Shown here: positions 1 through 9,740 of the stretch, one piece after another
How the letters are laid out: every line of letters begins with the position of its first letter
Numbering within the stretch: the stretch's first letter is position 1
Assembly (NCBI GenBank): GCA_965223505.1
Contig: CBDCWP010000042.1
Span: forward strand, 76,520-140,519
DNA: 64,000 nucleotides
Direction of reading: 5' to 3'
Source of the DNA: Planctomycetota bacterium
GTDB lineage: Bacteria; Planctomycetota; PLA2; JAEUHO01
Program-made: the position numbers and the translations under genes
Notes under the pieces: model-generated
Database searches by the model: none
Seen by the model: the letters and a program-made list of their open reading frames with translations, nothing else
Told to the model about the DNA's origin: nothing

Positions 1-204
1 GTCGTGGAAGTGAACCTGGAGGTCGTCCGCCTCGAGCGAGGGCAGGTGCTCCCGGGTCCCGTCGGTGGAGAAGTCGTCGACGAGGATGAGCTCCTTCTCG
101 ACCGGTGATGCGCGCACGCGACGAACCAGCTCGTCGATCGTGGCCGCCTCGTTGAACACGGGGATCACGACGCTCAGCACGGGGGGGTCGGTTCGTTCGG
201 TCAT
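1..204 (-). CDS. Glycosyltransferase family 2 (DPM synthase-like), N-terminal part; runs off the window
   Basis: Manual translation from ATG at 204 gives MTERTDPPVLSVVIPVFNEAATIDELVRRV...KELILVDDFSTDGT, with the GT2 motifs SVVIPxxNE and VDDxSTDGT. Not in the ORF track. Confidence 0.85.
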   Translation of the reverse strand, partial: MTERTDPPVLSVVIPVFNEAATIDELVRRVRASPVEKELILVDDFSTDGTREHLPSLEADDLQVHFHD

Positions 205-210
205 GTTCGT

Positions 211-1665
211 TCAGTCGTTGGACTGCATGCGCAGCACGAGATATCTCCCGACGCGTGTCACGAGCTCCTGCCGAAAGATGCCCGCGCCCTCCAAAGTCGC
301 GATCTCGCTGATCTTACTCGCCTCTCCTTTGCGTGGCGCGGCCGCGACGAGGGCAAACGGCTTTCCGGCCGGGTACTGGCCCGCCGGAAAGGTGAAGAGA
401 CGCCGCAGGTCGTCTGCGGTTCGTTCGGAAGGGTAGCGGCGAAGCGTCCAGACTCGCGCGCTTGGAATCACGTCCGCCATCGAGCACTGCAGCGCCGGCT
501 CGTCGTGATGAACGTCGAGGACGATCCAGGCCGAGTCCCCGACGGCGGCGCGCGCGGTCGTCATGACGTCGCGCGACCAGCGCAGGTGCGTGTTGCGGTC
601 GGCGTCGAGACCGAAAAGGCGCGACCCTTCGGGCACGAACGCGAGGACGACGAACACGACTGCGACGGCCCGCGGCATGAGACGCAGCCACTCCCACCGA
701 AGGCGACGTACGCCGGTCAGCCCCGCCGCCAGGAGCAGCGGAACGAGGGCGATGCCCGATGCCCGTCCCGGCTCCCAGTCGAAGTGAAGCCACCCGGCCG
801 CCGCCAACAGGGCGACATGCAGGCCGCCCCCCACGATCCACGCCCGCGTCAAACCCTGTTCGTCGCCGCGCCAGCGCCGCGACGCTCCGCTCGGAATCGC
901 CGGCGTGAAAACGTACGCGGCCGCCATGAGCAGCCAAAGGACCGTTGCCATGCCCCACTGCGCGGCGCTCTCGCCGTGAAGGAGCAGCGCGCGGAAGGCG
1001 AGGATGTGCAGCACGGCGCCGATGGCGGCCAAGGCCCACCCCACGCGCCGTCGCGGCTCGTGCAGCAGGAAGAAGAGGAACAGCAGCGGCGCGTACGGCG
1101 CGACGCCCGCGTGCACGTACGGCAGGACCCAGCTCAGAACGGCGCCGCCCCTTCGCGCGACGGCGCCGTGTGCGAGCAACCACAGCACGAGCAGGAGCCA
1201 CACGACGCCCACGCCCGCCGTTCCCGGCGCGGCGCCGCCGACGTGCCACAGCACCGCCGGATGGAGCGCGGTGAGCAGGCCGGTCCAGCGTGCGGTCGCG
1301 GCGTGCGCGCCGACGCGGAAGAGCACGGCCATCGTCAGGAGCCCGATGAGGATGCCGCAGATCGCGTCGATCCAACGCAGGGCGCCGGTCGGCGACGCGC
1401 CCATCTCGATCGCGATCGCCACGAGCACCGGTACGACGGGGCGATCTGCCGACGGGACGCCGCCCTGCTCCGACGCGAGACGGTCGCCGAGCGAAGCCAC
1501 GCGCGCCGCGGCGCCGTCGACGGGCAGATCGACGGACATCGTTCGCGCGAGGAACCCGATCGCGACGATGACGGCGACCGTGGCCCAGGTCAGACCGCGG
1601 CTCGGCAGCCGCACGCGCAGAAGGAAGTCCTTCTCGCTCTCCTCGCTGTCGCGGCGTTCGTTCAC
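211..1665 (-). CDS. Polytopic membrane protein, possibly GT-C-like and related to surface glycans
   Basis: Many hydrophobic helices; lies in an operon between nucleotide-sugar enzymes and the GT2 gene. Confidence 0.6.
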   Translation of the reverse strand: MNERRDSEESEKDFLLRVRLPSRGLTWATVAVIVAIGFLARTMSVDLPVDGAAARVASLGDRLASEQGGVPSADRPVVPVLVAIAIEMGASPTGALRWIDAICGILIGLLTMAVLFRVGAHAATARWTGLLTALHPAVLWHVGGAAPGTAGVGVVWLLLVLWLLAHGAVARRGGAVLSWVLPYVHAGVAPYAPLLFLFFLLHEPRRRVGWALAAIGAVLHILAFRALLLHGESAAQWGMATVLWLLMAAAYVFTPAIPSGASRRWRGDEQGLTRAWIVGGGLHVALLAAAGWLHFDWEPGRASGIALVPLLLAAGLTGVRRLRWEWLRLMPRAVAVVFVVLAFVPEGSRLFGLDADRNTHLRWSRDVMTTARAAVGDSAWIVLDVHHDEPALQCSMADVIPSARVWTLRRYPSERTADDLRRLFTFPAGQYPAGKPFALVAAAPRKGEASKISEIATLEGAGIFRQELVTRVGRYLVLRMQSND

Positions 1666-1686
1666 AACCGAAGAATCGGTGCGTCG

Positions 1687-2658
1687 CTACGTGTACTTCT
1701 TCGGAACCTTCACGCCCTTGCCGAGATTCTTGCGGTACCACAGCAGACACTTCGCGAGGCCCTCGGCCAGACTCACGCGCGGCCGGTACCCGAGCACCTC
1801 CTGCGCCTTGATGGTCTCCGCGAGGCTGTGCCGCACGTCGGCGGGACGCGCGTCCTCGAAGTCGGGCGTGATTTCCTCGTCGAGCAACGTGCTCAGGTAC
1901 GTGAGAAGGCCGACGACGCTCATGCGGCTGCCGGATGCGATGTTGAAGACCTCGCCCTCGGCTTTCGGCGCCGTGCACGCGAGTCGAAACGCCTCGACGA
2001 CGTCGCTCACGTGGACGAAGTCACGCGACTGCTTGCCGTCGCCGTACACCTTCGGGTTCTGTCCCTTGAGCGCGGCCGCACAGAAGCGCGCGATGACGCC
2101 GCCGTAAGGTCCTTCGTGACTCTGGCGCGGGCCGTAGACGTTGAAGAGCCGCAGGCACACCGTCTCCAGCCGGTACGTCATGTAGAAGACGCGTGACAGC
2201 TCCTCGCCCATGAGCGCCGCGGCGCCGTACGGGCTGTACGGAGCGGCGAGCATGGTCTCTTCCTTCGGCAGCACGGGGCTCTCCCCGTAGACGGCGCAGG
2301 ACGAGGCGTAGATGAAGCGCTTGACCTTGAGATCGCGGGCCGCGCTGAGCGCGTTGAGCGTGCCGCGAAACGACACGTCCAGCGTCGGCTCCGGGTTCTT
2401 GACCGACAGTTCCACGCTGGGGAGCGCCGCCAGGTGCAGCACGAAGTCGCACCCGCGCATCGCCTTGCGCAGCGCCTTCTCGTCGCGGACGTCGCCCTCG
2501 ACGAGGCGTACCTCGGTCTGCTTGTAGTCCTGAACGTTCTTCTTCGACCCCGACGAAAGGTCGTCGTAGACGACGACTTTGTCCCCGCTGGCCACCAACC
2601 CCTCGACAAGGTTGCTGCCGACGAAGCCGGCGCCACCGGTCACGAGGTACTTCGCCAT
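1687..2658 (-). CDS. NAD-dependent epimerase/dehydratase (UDP-glucose/GlcNAc 4-epimerase-like extended SDR)
   Basis: MAKYLVTGGAGFVGS, HLAA, LRLFNVYGPRQ, GDGKQSRDF. Start set at ATG 2658. The YxxxK motif appears as YGAAA. Confidence 0.88.
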   Translation of the reverse strand: MAKYLVTGGAGFVGSNLVEGLVASGDKVVVYDDLSSGSKKNVQDYKQTEVRLVEGDVRDEKALRKAMRGCDFVLHLAALPSVELSVKNPEPTLDVSFRGTLNALSAARDLKVKRFIYASSCAVYGESPVLPKEETMLAAPYSPYGAAALMGEELSRVFYMTYRLETVCLRLFNVYGPRQSHEGPYGGVIARFCAAALKGQNPKVYGDGKQSRDFVHVSDVVEAFRLACTAPKAEGEVFNIASGSRMSVVGLLTYLSTLLDEEITPDFEDARPADVRHSLAETIKAQEVLGYRPRVSLAEGLAKCLLWYRKNLGKGVKVPKKYT

Positions 2659-2806
2659 GGGTGCTCCCGAACGTGAGGAAATGCGGCGTCCCGCAGGGGC
2701 CCTCCGGCCGCGTTTGGGCCGCGGAAGGCAAATGGGTGCCGCAAGGTAGTCGGCAGGGCCCCTTTCGAACAAGCAATTGCCCGATCCGAAACGCGCTGTC
2801 GGGGCC

Positions 2807-3949
2807 CTACAGCAAGCCCCGCACCTCGTCCCAAACCGCAGAACGGCGCGGCTCGTGCGCGCCGTGGGCAATTCCGCCGAGCCAGTCCCGGACGATCCGC
2901 TCGGCGGCGTGCCCGTCCCACGCGCGGGGCCGCCGCCGCAGGCGCAGCGGCTGATCGAGGGCCCGGCGAACGGTGGCGGCCAGCTTGCGCGGATCGTTGC
3001 CGGCGAGGCGATTGCCTCCATGGCTCAAGGTGAGCCGGTGCTCGGTGCGGTCGCGCGCCGTGACGCAGGGCACCCCGAGCAGCGCCGCCTCGACCTGAAG
3101 ACCGCCCGAGTCGGTCACCACCGCAGCGGCGTTCGCGACGGTCGCCAGGAAGGTCAGGTACGGAGCGGGTGCGGTCCGCAGCAGCCCGGACGCGCTCGCG
3201 CCGGCGCGCGGCAGCTGCTTGGCGGTGCGCGGATGCACCGGAAACACGACCGGGATGCGCCGCGAGACCGTTTCGAGGGCGCGCACGTAGGCGGCGAGCC
3301 GTCGGGGATCGTCGACGTTGGCTTGGCGGTGGAGCGTCGCGACCACGTATCCGCCCAGGCCGAACCGACGTTCCGCCTGCACGCGCATGGCGGCGAGCGC
3401 CGGCCGCACGGCGTGCAGCGCGTCCGCCATCACGTTGCCGGGCTTGCGGATCCTGCGCAGCGCGATGCCCTCGCGACGGCAGTTTGGCTCCGCCTGGGGC
3501 TCGCTCAGATGCAGACGGTCGCTCAGCGCGTCGACGAGCACGCGATTGCGCTCCTCGGGCATCGACCGGTCCCGCGCGCGCAGTCCCGCCTCCACGTGCG
3601 CGAGCGGCGCGCGCAGCCGCCGCGCGGCCAGCGCCCCGGCGACCGTCGTGTCGACGTCGCCCACCACGACGACCAGGCCGGGCTTCAGTTCCGCCAGGGT
3701 CGTCGTCAATCGATCGGTCAACGTGGCGATACGGCGTGGCCCCGGTGCAGGCGATCGAAGCGTGGCGACCGGCGGCGGCAGCGCGAGGTCGTCCGTCATG
3801 TTCGCGCTCATCGCGCGCGCGGTGTGTTGGCCGCTGTGGATCCACTTCAACGCGCGCCCACGGGCACGAGAGGCACGGACGAGCGGCGCGAGCTTGACGA
3901 AGTTGGGTCGCGCCCCGCAGACGGCGATCCACGGGCCGCGGCGCGTCAA
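2807..3949 (-). CDS. wecB: UDP-N-acetylglucosamine 2-epimerase (non-hydrolysing)
   Basis: GARPNFVK, HSGQH, HVEAGLR, MPEERNR, TDSGGLQVEA motifs. Confidence 0.92.
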   Translation of the reverse strand: MTRRGPWIAVCGARPNFVKLAPLVRASRARGRALKWIHSGQHTARAMSANMTDDLALPPPVATLRSPAPGPRRIATLTDRLTTTLAELKPGLVVVVGDVDTTVAGALAARRLRAPLAHVEAGLRARDRSMPEERNRVLVDALSDRLHLSEPQAEPNCRREGIALRRIRKPGNVMADALHAVRPALAAMRVQAERRFGLGGYVVATLHRQANVDDPRRLAAYVRALETVSRRIPVVFPVHPRTAKQLPRAGASASGLLRTAPAPYLTFLATVANAAAVVTDSGGLQVEAALLGVPCVTARDRTEHRLTLSHGGNRLAGNDPRKLAATVRRALDQPLRLRRRPRAWDGHAAERIVRDWLGGIAHGAHEPRRSAVWDEVRGLL

Positions 3950-4893
3950 GGCTGCGCGCTCGCCGCTGCGCCGCTACGGAACCATTCGACCGTGCGCTCG
4001 AGCCCCTCGCGCAACGACGTTCGCGGCGCCCACCCGAGCGCGCGCAGGCGCGTCAGGTCGGGCTCCCGCCGCTTCGGGTCGTCGGGGTTCGGATCTGCGT
4101 AGGTGACGTGCGAACTGGTGCCGCACACGTCGATGAGCGTGTGCGCGAAGTCCAGAATGGTCATCTCGCCCTCGCCGCCGACGTTGTAGGGCATGTGGTC
4201 GCCGTGATCGAGCACCGCCAGCACGCCCCGGACCGTGTCGTCCACGTAGCTGAACGTACGTGTCTGCGAGCCGTCGCCGTGGACGGGCAGCGGCTCCCCG
4301 CGCTCGACCGCGTCGACGAATGCCGGAATCACCCGACCGTCGTTCAGTCGCATGCGCGGTCCGTACGTGTTGAAGAGCCGCACGATCTTGGTCTGGACGC
4401 CGTGGATCTTGCGATACGCCATCGTCATCGCCTCGGCGAAGCGCTTCGACTCGTCGTAGCAGCTGCGCTCGCCGATCGGGTTGACCCTGCCCCAGTACGA
4501 CTCGGGCTGCGGGGTGACCTCCGGATCCCCGTAGACCTCGCTCGTGCTCGCCAGCATGTAGATCGCGCCGTTCGCCCGCGCCAGCTCCAGACTGTTCACG
4601 GTGCCGGCCGACCCGACCAGCAGCGTCTCGATCGGATACTTGAAGTAGTCCACGGGCGACGCGGGGCTCGCAAAGTGGAGCACGGCGTCCACCGGCCCCT
4701 CGACATCGAGGCCCTCGGAGACGTCCTGTTCGACGAGATGAAAGTCGCCGCGATCGATCAGGTGCGCGACGTTGCGGTGGTGCCCGGTGATGAAGTTGTC
4801 GACGGCGGTCACCCGGTCGCCGCGGGCCAGCAGCGCATCGATCAGGTGCGATCCGACGAATCCAGCCCCGCCGGTGACTACGACATGCGTCAC
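3946..4893 (-). CDS. UDP-glucuronate decarboxylase family SDR
   Basis: VTGGAGFVGSHL, HFASPASP, ASTSEVYGDP, SCYDESKR, RLFNTYGPRM. GTG start at 4893. Confidence 0.9.
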   Translation of the reverse strand: MTHVVVTGGAGFVGSHLIDALLARGDRVTAVDNFITGHHRNVAHLIDRGDFHLVEQDVSEGLDVEGPVDAVLHFASPASPVDYFKYPIETLLVGSAGTVNSLELARANGAIYMLASTSEVYGDPEVTPQPESYWGRVNPIGERSCYDESKRFAEAMTMAYRKIHGVQTKIVRLFNTYGPRMRLNDGRVIPAFVDAVERGEPLPVHGDGSQTRTFSYVDDTVRGVLAVLDHGDHMPYNVGGEGEMTILDFAHTLIDVCGTSSHVTYADPNPDDPKRREPDLTRLRALGWAPRTSLREGLERTVEWFRSGAAASAQP

Positions 4894-4903
4894 GCGCCCC
4901 TCC

Positions 4904-6244
<1,341 letters not shown>

Positions 6245-6252
6245 GAGGCGAC

Positions 6253-6723
6253 TCAGGCAACCTTGACGCGGAACAGCGGTTGGTCGAACTCGACCGGCTC
6301 CCCGTCTTCGACCAGGATCTCGACGATCTCACCGTCCATCTCGGCCTTGATCTCGTTGTTGACCTTCATCGCCTCCACGATGCAGACGATGGTCTCGCCG
6401 TTGACGTGCTCGCCGATGTTGGTGTACGGGTCGGCGTCGGGGCTGGGCCGACGGTAGAACGTGCCGACCATCGGAGAGACGATCTCGCGTGTGCCCGCCG
6501 GCGGCCCGGCCGGCTCCGCCGGTTCCGGTACGCTCGGGGCATCGGCCGGGGCCGGGGCCGGGTGCACGGCATGCGGCAACGCGTATTGCGGCGGCGCGGC
6601 CGGGGCGACGCCCCCACCGTCCTTGCGCAGGGTCACGCGCTTGCCCTCTTCTTCGATCTCGAGCTCGAGGAGATCGTTGTCGTTCATCAGCTGAACGAGC
6701 TTCTTGAGCTCTCGAAAGTCCAT
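6253..6723 (-). CDS. accB: Acetyl-CoA carboxylase, biotin carboxyl carrier protein
   Basis: SPMVGTFYR and the EAMK biotinylation motif, Pro/Ala linker; directly upstream of accC. Confidence 0.96.
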   Translation of the reverse strand: MDFRELKKLVQLMNDNDLLELEIEEEGKRVTLRKDGGGVAPAAPPQYALPHAVHPAPAPADAPSVPEPAEPAGPPAGTREIVSPMVGTFYRRPSPDADPYTNIGEHVNGETIVCIVEAMKVNNEIKAEMDGEIVEILVEDGEPVEFDQPLFRVKVA

Positions 6724-6888
6724 CTAGGCTCCCGGTGACGTGCCCGCCTCACGCGCGACCCATGATTGTGCGCGTCCTGCCTGGCGAGCGCAACTCCTGC
6801 CGCGTAGGTCCAGCGCGCCGCGCGTGGACACGACGCGTTTCGTAAGGCTATGTCGGGCCAGATCTTACGTGGAACGAGCCGCGGCGCT

Positions 6889-7905
6889 TCACGTCGTCGC
6901 GGCGCGCTGCGTTCGAAAGACGTGTTCGGCGATCTCCACCGCGTTCAGCGCCGCCCCCTTGCGGAGTTGGTCGCCGGTCAGCCACAGGTCGATGGCCCGC
7001 TCGTGTCCCGGGTCGCGGCGCACCCGCCCCACCAGGACGGCGTCGCGGTCCGAGGCATCACGGGGCGTGGGGAACGCCATCGATGCCGGATCGTCCACGA
7101 CCTCCACCCCCGGCGCCCTCGCCAGGATCTCGCGAACCTCGTCCGGCGAGACCGGACGCTCGAACTCGATGTTCACGGCCTCGCTGTGCGCCCGCCGCAC
7201 CGGAACGCGGACGCACGTGCAGCTCACGGCGAGATCGGGACGTTCCAGGATCCGGCGCGTCTCGCGCACCATCTTCCACTCCTCCGTCGTGAGGCCGCCC
7301 TCGGCGAAGGCCTGCACGAACGGGATCGCGTTGGCGTGAATCGGGACCGGGTACGCCTCCGTCACGAGCGGCTCGCCGCTTCGATCCGCTTCGATCTGCT
7401 CTTCCAGCTCGCGAAGCCCGGCGGCGCCCGAACCGGAGACCGCCTGGTAGGTCGAGACGACGACGCGCTTCACGGGCACGGCCCGTTCGAGCGGTCCGAG
7501 CACCATCACCATGATGATCGTCGAGCAGTTCGGATTCGCAATGATGCCCTTGTGCCGCATCGCGGCATCGCCGTTCACCTGCGGCACCACCAACGGAACG
7601 TCGGGATCCATTCGAAACGCGGACGAGTTGTCGATGACGAGCGCGCCTTCGCTCGCCGCGCGGCGCGCCTGGTCCTTTTGGGACGACCCGGCCGAGAAGA
7701 ACGCGACGTCGACGCCGTCAAAGCTCGCGGTGGCCAGGTCCTCGACGACGATCGACGCGCCGTCGAAGTCGATCGTCTTGCCGGCGGATCGCGCGGAGGC
7801 CATCAGGCGCAGCGACGTCATCGGGAACGCGCGTTCCTTCAGGATGCGTAGGAACTCCTGCCCGACGACCCCGGTGGCTCCGGCAACGGCGACGTGAAAC
7901 GACAT
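6889..7905 (-). CDS. asd: Aspartate-semialdehyde dehydrogenase
   Basis: GATGVVG, IDNSSAFRM, IIANPNCST, STYQAVSGSG, CVRVPV, LRKGAALNAV. Confidence 0.96.
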   Translation of the reverse strand: MSFHVAVAGATGVVGQEFLRILKERAFPMTSLRLMASARSAGKTIDFDGASIVVEDLATASFDGVDVAFFSAGSSQKDQARRAASEGALVIDNSSAFRMDPDVPLVVPQVNGDAAMRHKGIIANPNCSTIIMVMVLGPLERAVPVKRVVVSTYQAVSGSGAAGLRELEEQIEADRSGEPLVTEAYPVPIHANAIPFVQAFAEGGLTTEEWKMVRETRRILERPDLAVSCTCVRVPVRRAHSEAVNIEFERPVSPDEVREILARAPGVEVVDDPASMAFPTPRDASDRDAVLVGRVRRDPGHERAIDLWLTGDQLRKGAALNAVEIAEHVFRTQRAATT

Positions 7906-7916
7906 GACTCTACACC

Positions 7917-8417
7917 TCAGCTGTCTTCGTTGGGTGCAACCGCGTCACGTTGCCAGTGACCGGACTTGCCGCCCACCTTTTCCACGAGCCGAATCGACGC
8001 GATGGACGCGGAACGGTCCACGCCCTTGACCATGTCGTACAGCGCAAGCGCCGCGACCGCGGCAGCCGTGAGCGCTTCCATCTCGACGCCGGTTCGGTCG
8101 ATGGCGCGCACCTCGGTACGAATCTCGACGCGATCGCTCGCCGGCGTCAGGTCCACGCGCACGTCCTGGATCCGAAGCGGGTGGCAGAGCGGAATCAGGT
8201 CGGCGGTCTTCTTCGCGCCCTGGATGCCGGCGATGCGGGCCACGGCGAGCGCGTCCCCCTTGGTCAGCGTTCCCCCGTCGACGGCTGCGACGGTCTCGGG
8301 CCGCATGTGCACCGCGGCCTTCGCCACGGCGCGCCTGGCCGTCTCCGGTTTCGCGGAGACGTCGACCATGGACGCGCGGCCTTCGTCGTCGAGATGGGTC
8401 AGCTTGGGCTCGGACAT
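7917..8417 (-). CDS. moaC: Cyclic pyranopterin monophosphate synthase MoaC
   Basis: LTHLD..G.ASMVDVS.K, KGD.LAVARIAGI, LIPLCHP, TGVEMEAL, YDMVK, KVGGKSG. Confidence 0.96.
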   Translation of the reverse strand: MSEPKLTHLDDEGRASMVDVSAKPETARRAVAKAAVHMRPETVAAVDGGTLTKGDALAVARIAGIQGAKKTADLIPLCHPLRIQDVRVDLTPASDRVEIRTEVRAIDRTGVEMEALTAAAVAALALYDMVKGVDRSASIASIRLVEKVGGKSGHWQRDAVAPNEDS

Positions 8418-8487
8418 CGGGCCCATGGTACCGCCGCGGCCTCGCCGCCGCCGCTAACGCGCGCCCGTGGCAGGCGTCTGTCTGGTC

Positions 8488-9573
8488 ATGCTGCGACCGC
8501 TCATCACCCTGGGTCTGGTTTTGTCGTGCGCCCCGGCGGCCTGGAGCAAGGCCTCCCATCCGGCCTTCGATCTCGGCGCGTGCACCCACCGCGCGACGCA
8601 CGTCTTCGCTGCGAACAGCAATGCGAGGGGCGACCGGTTACGGGTCGTCGAGAGCTGGCAGGGTGACCTGGCGCCGGGTGACGAGCTCGAGCTGACGGAG
8701 CTTCGCCCGCTGGAAGCGGCGCGCGGCAAGCGGGTCATCGCCTTCCTCGTGCGCGAGGGCGGCGTCTGGCGCCACGCGTCGGAGGGCTTCTACAAGGTGC
8801 CCGCGACGACGCCTGGACTCGTACGGACGAGCGTCGTCTGGATCGACGGCGGCGTGGTCAAGGGCCTGCAGTCGGGCGAGCGCGGCTCCGTCGTAGGCGT
8901 GGTTGCTCACTACGACGCGCGCACGAAGACGTTCACGCCGTACACGGAAGCGACGCTTCGCCGGGAATGGACGCGGCTACGGGGCTGGCGAACACGCTTC
9001 GAGCGGGCGAAGGCGCTCGCCGACCCGTCGAAGCGCGGGGAAGCGCTGTGCGAGCTCGTCACCACCTCGCCGTTGTCGCGCTACTGGTACGCCTCGTACC
9101 CCCTGATTCGCGATTGCGGCGAGGCCGCGTGGCCGCACGTGCAGACGGCGCTGGACACCCTCTTGAAAGACGGGCACCGCGGTTGGGGCTGGAAGTTCGT
9201 CGAGATCGTCGAGTCCGCCGCGCCGCCGGAGGCCAAGGACCGGCTTGCCGCGTTCCTTCACGACCGGCTGCGTGCGGAGCTTGCGTACTGGAAGAGGAGC
9301 GCGGCCAAGCTCGAGGCGCTACCCGACGGCGCGCTCTACGGCATCCAGCGGGCGTGGCGCGACGGCGAGACGCAGGGGGCGGTTGACGTCGAGATCGCCG
9401 TGCGTTACTTCGCGACGTTCCACCTCGTCGAAGCGCTGCGACGCACGGACGCATCGCGTGGGAAGGCGACGTTCGGCGCACTCGAAGCGTTCTGGATGCG
9501 GCACCAGGACCTCCACAAGGGCTACGTCGACGAGGTCCGTGTGCTCGACGCGATCCGCCGTGCGTCGGTGTAG
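8488..9573 (+). CDS. Hypothetical exported protein
   Basis: Signal-peptide-like N-terminus (MLRPLITLGLVLSCAPAAWS) and natural composition; no family recognised. Confidence 0.7.
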   Translation: MLRPLITLGLVLSCAPAAWSKASHPAFDLGACTHRATHVFAANSNARGDRLRVVESWQGDLAPGDELELTELRPLEAARGKRVIAFLVREGGVWRHASEGFYKVPATTPGLVRTSVVWIDGGVVKGLQSGERGSVVGVVAHYDARTKTFTPYTEATLRREWTRLRGWRTRFERAKALADPSKRGEALCELVTTSPLSRYWYASYPLIRDCGEAAWPHVQTALDTLLKDGHRGWGWKFVEIVESAAPPEAKDRLAAFLHDRLRAELAYWKRSAAKLEALPDGALYGIQRAWRDGETQGAVDVEIAVRYFATFHLVEALRRTDASRGKATFGALEAFWMRHQDLHKGYVDEVRVLDAIRRASV

Positions 9574-9740
9574 GGGCGACCCTCGTGGTCGCCCAACCGT
9601 TCGTCGATCAGGTCCCGACACATCAACGGTCCGGGAGCGGGAGCGGGATGGATGTAGGGGCGACCCTCGTGGTCGCCCAATCATTCGTCGATCAGGTCCC
9701 GACACACGCACGGTTGGGCAGCCACAAGGGCTGCCCCTAC
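9570..9740. repeat. GTAG-family REP cluster (BIME-like) of three 25-bp REPs
   Basis: GTAGGGGCGACCCTCGTGGTCGCCC at 9570-9594 and 9654-9678, each followed by the same TTCGTCGATCAGGTCCCGACACA spacer. Inverted GTAGGGGCAGCCCTTGTGGCTGCCC at 9716-9740. Lies between convergent genes. Confidence 0.88.

Noticed and set aside
2695..2763. Possible structured ncRNA: 9-bp inverted repeat AGGGGCCCT/AGGGCCCCT enclosing a GCAA-loop hairpin
   Set aside because: No riboswitch or ncRNA consensus was recognised, and such stems arise easily at this GC content. A covariance search would be needed.
9570..9740. Possible mini CRISPR array (also 56074-56169)
   Set aside because: The repeats are in mixed orientation, the spacers are duplicated or very short, they have GTAG tails and there are no cas genes. 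These are REPs.
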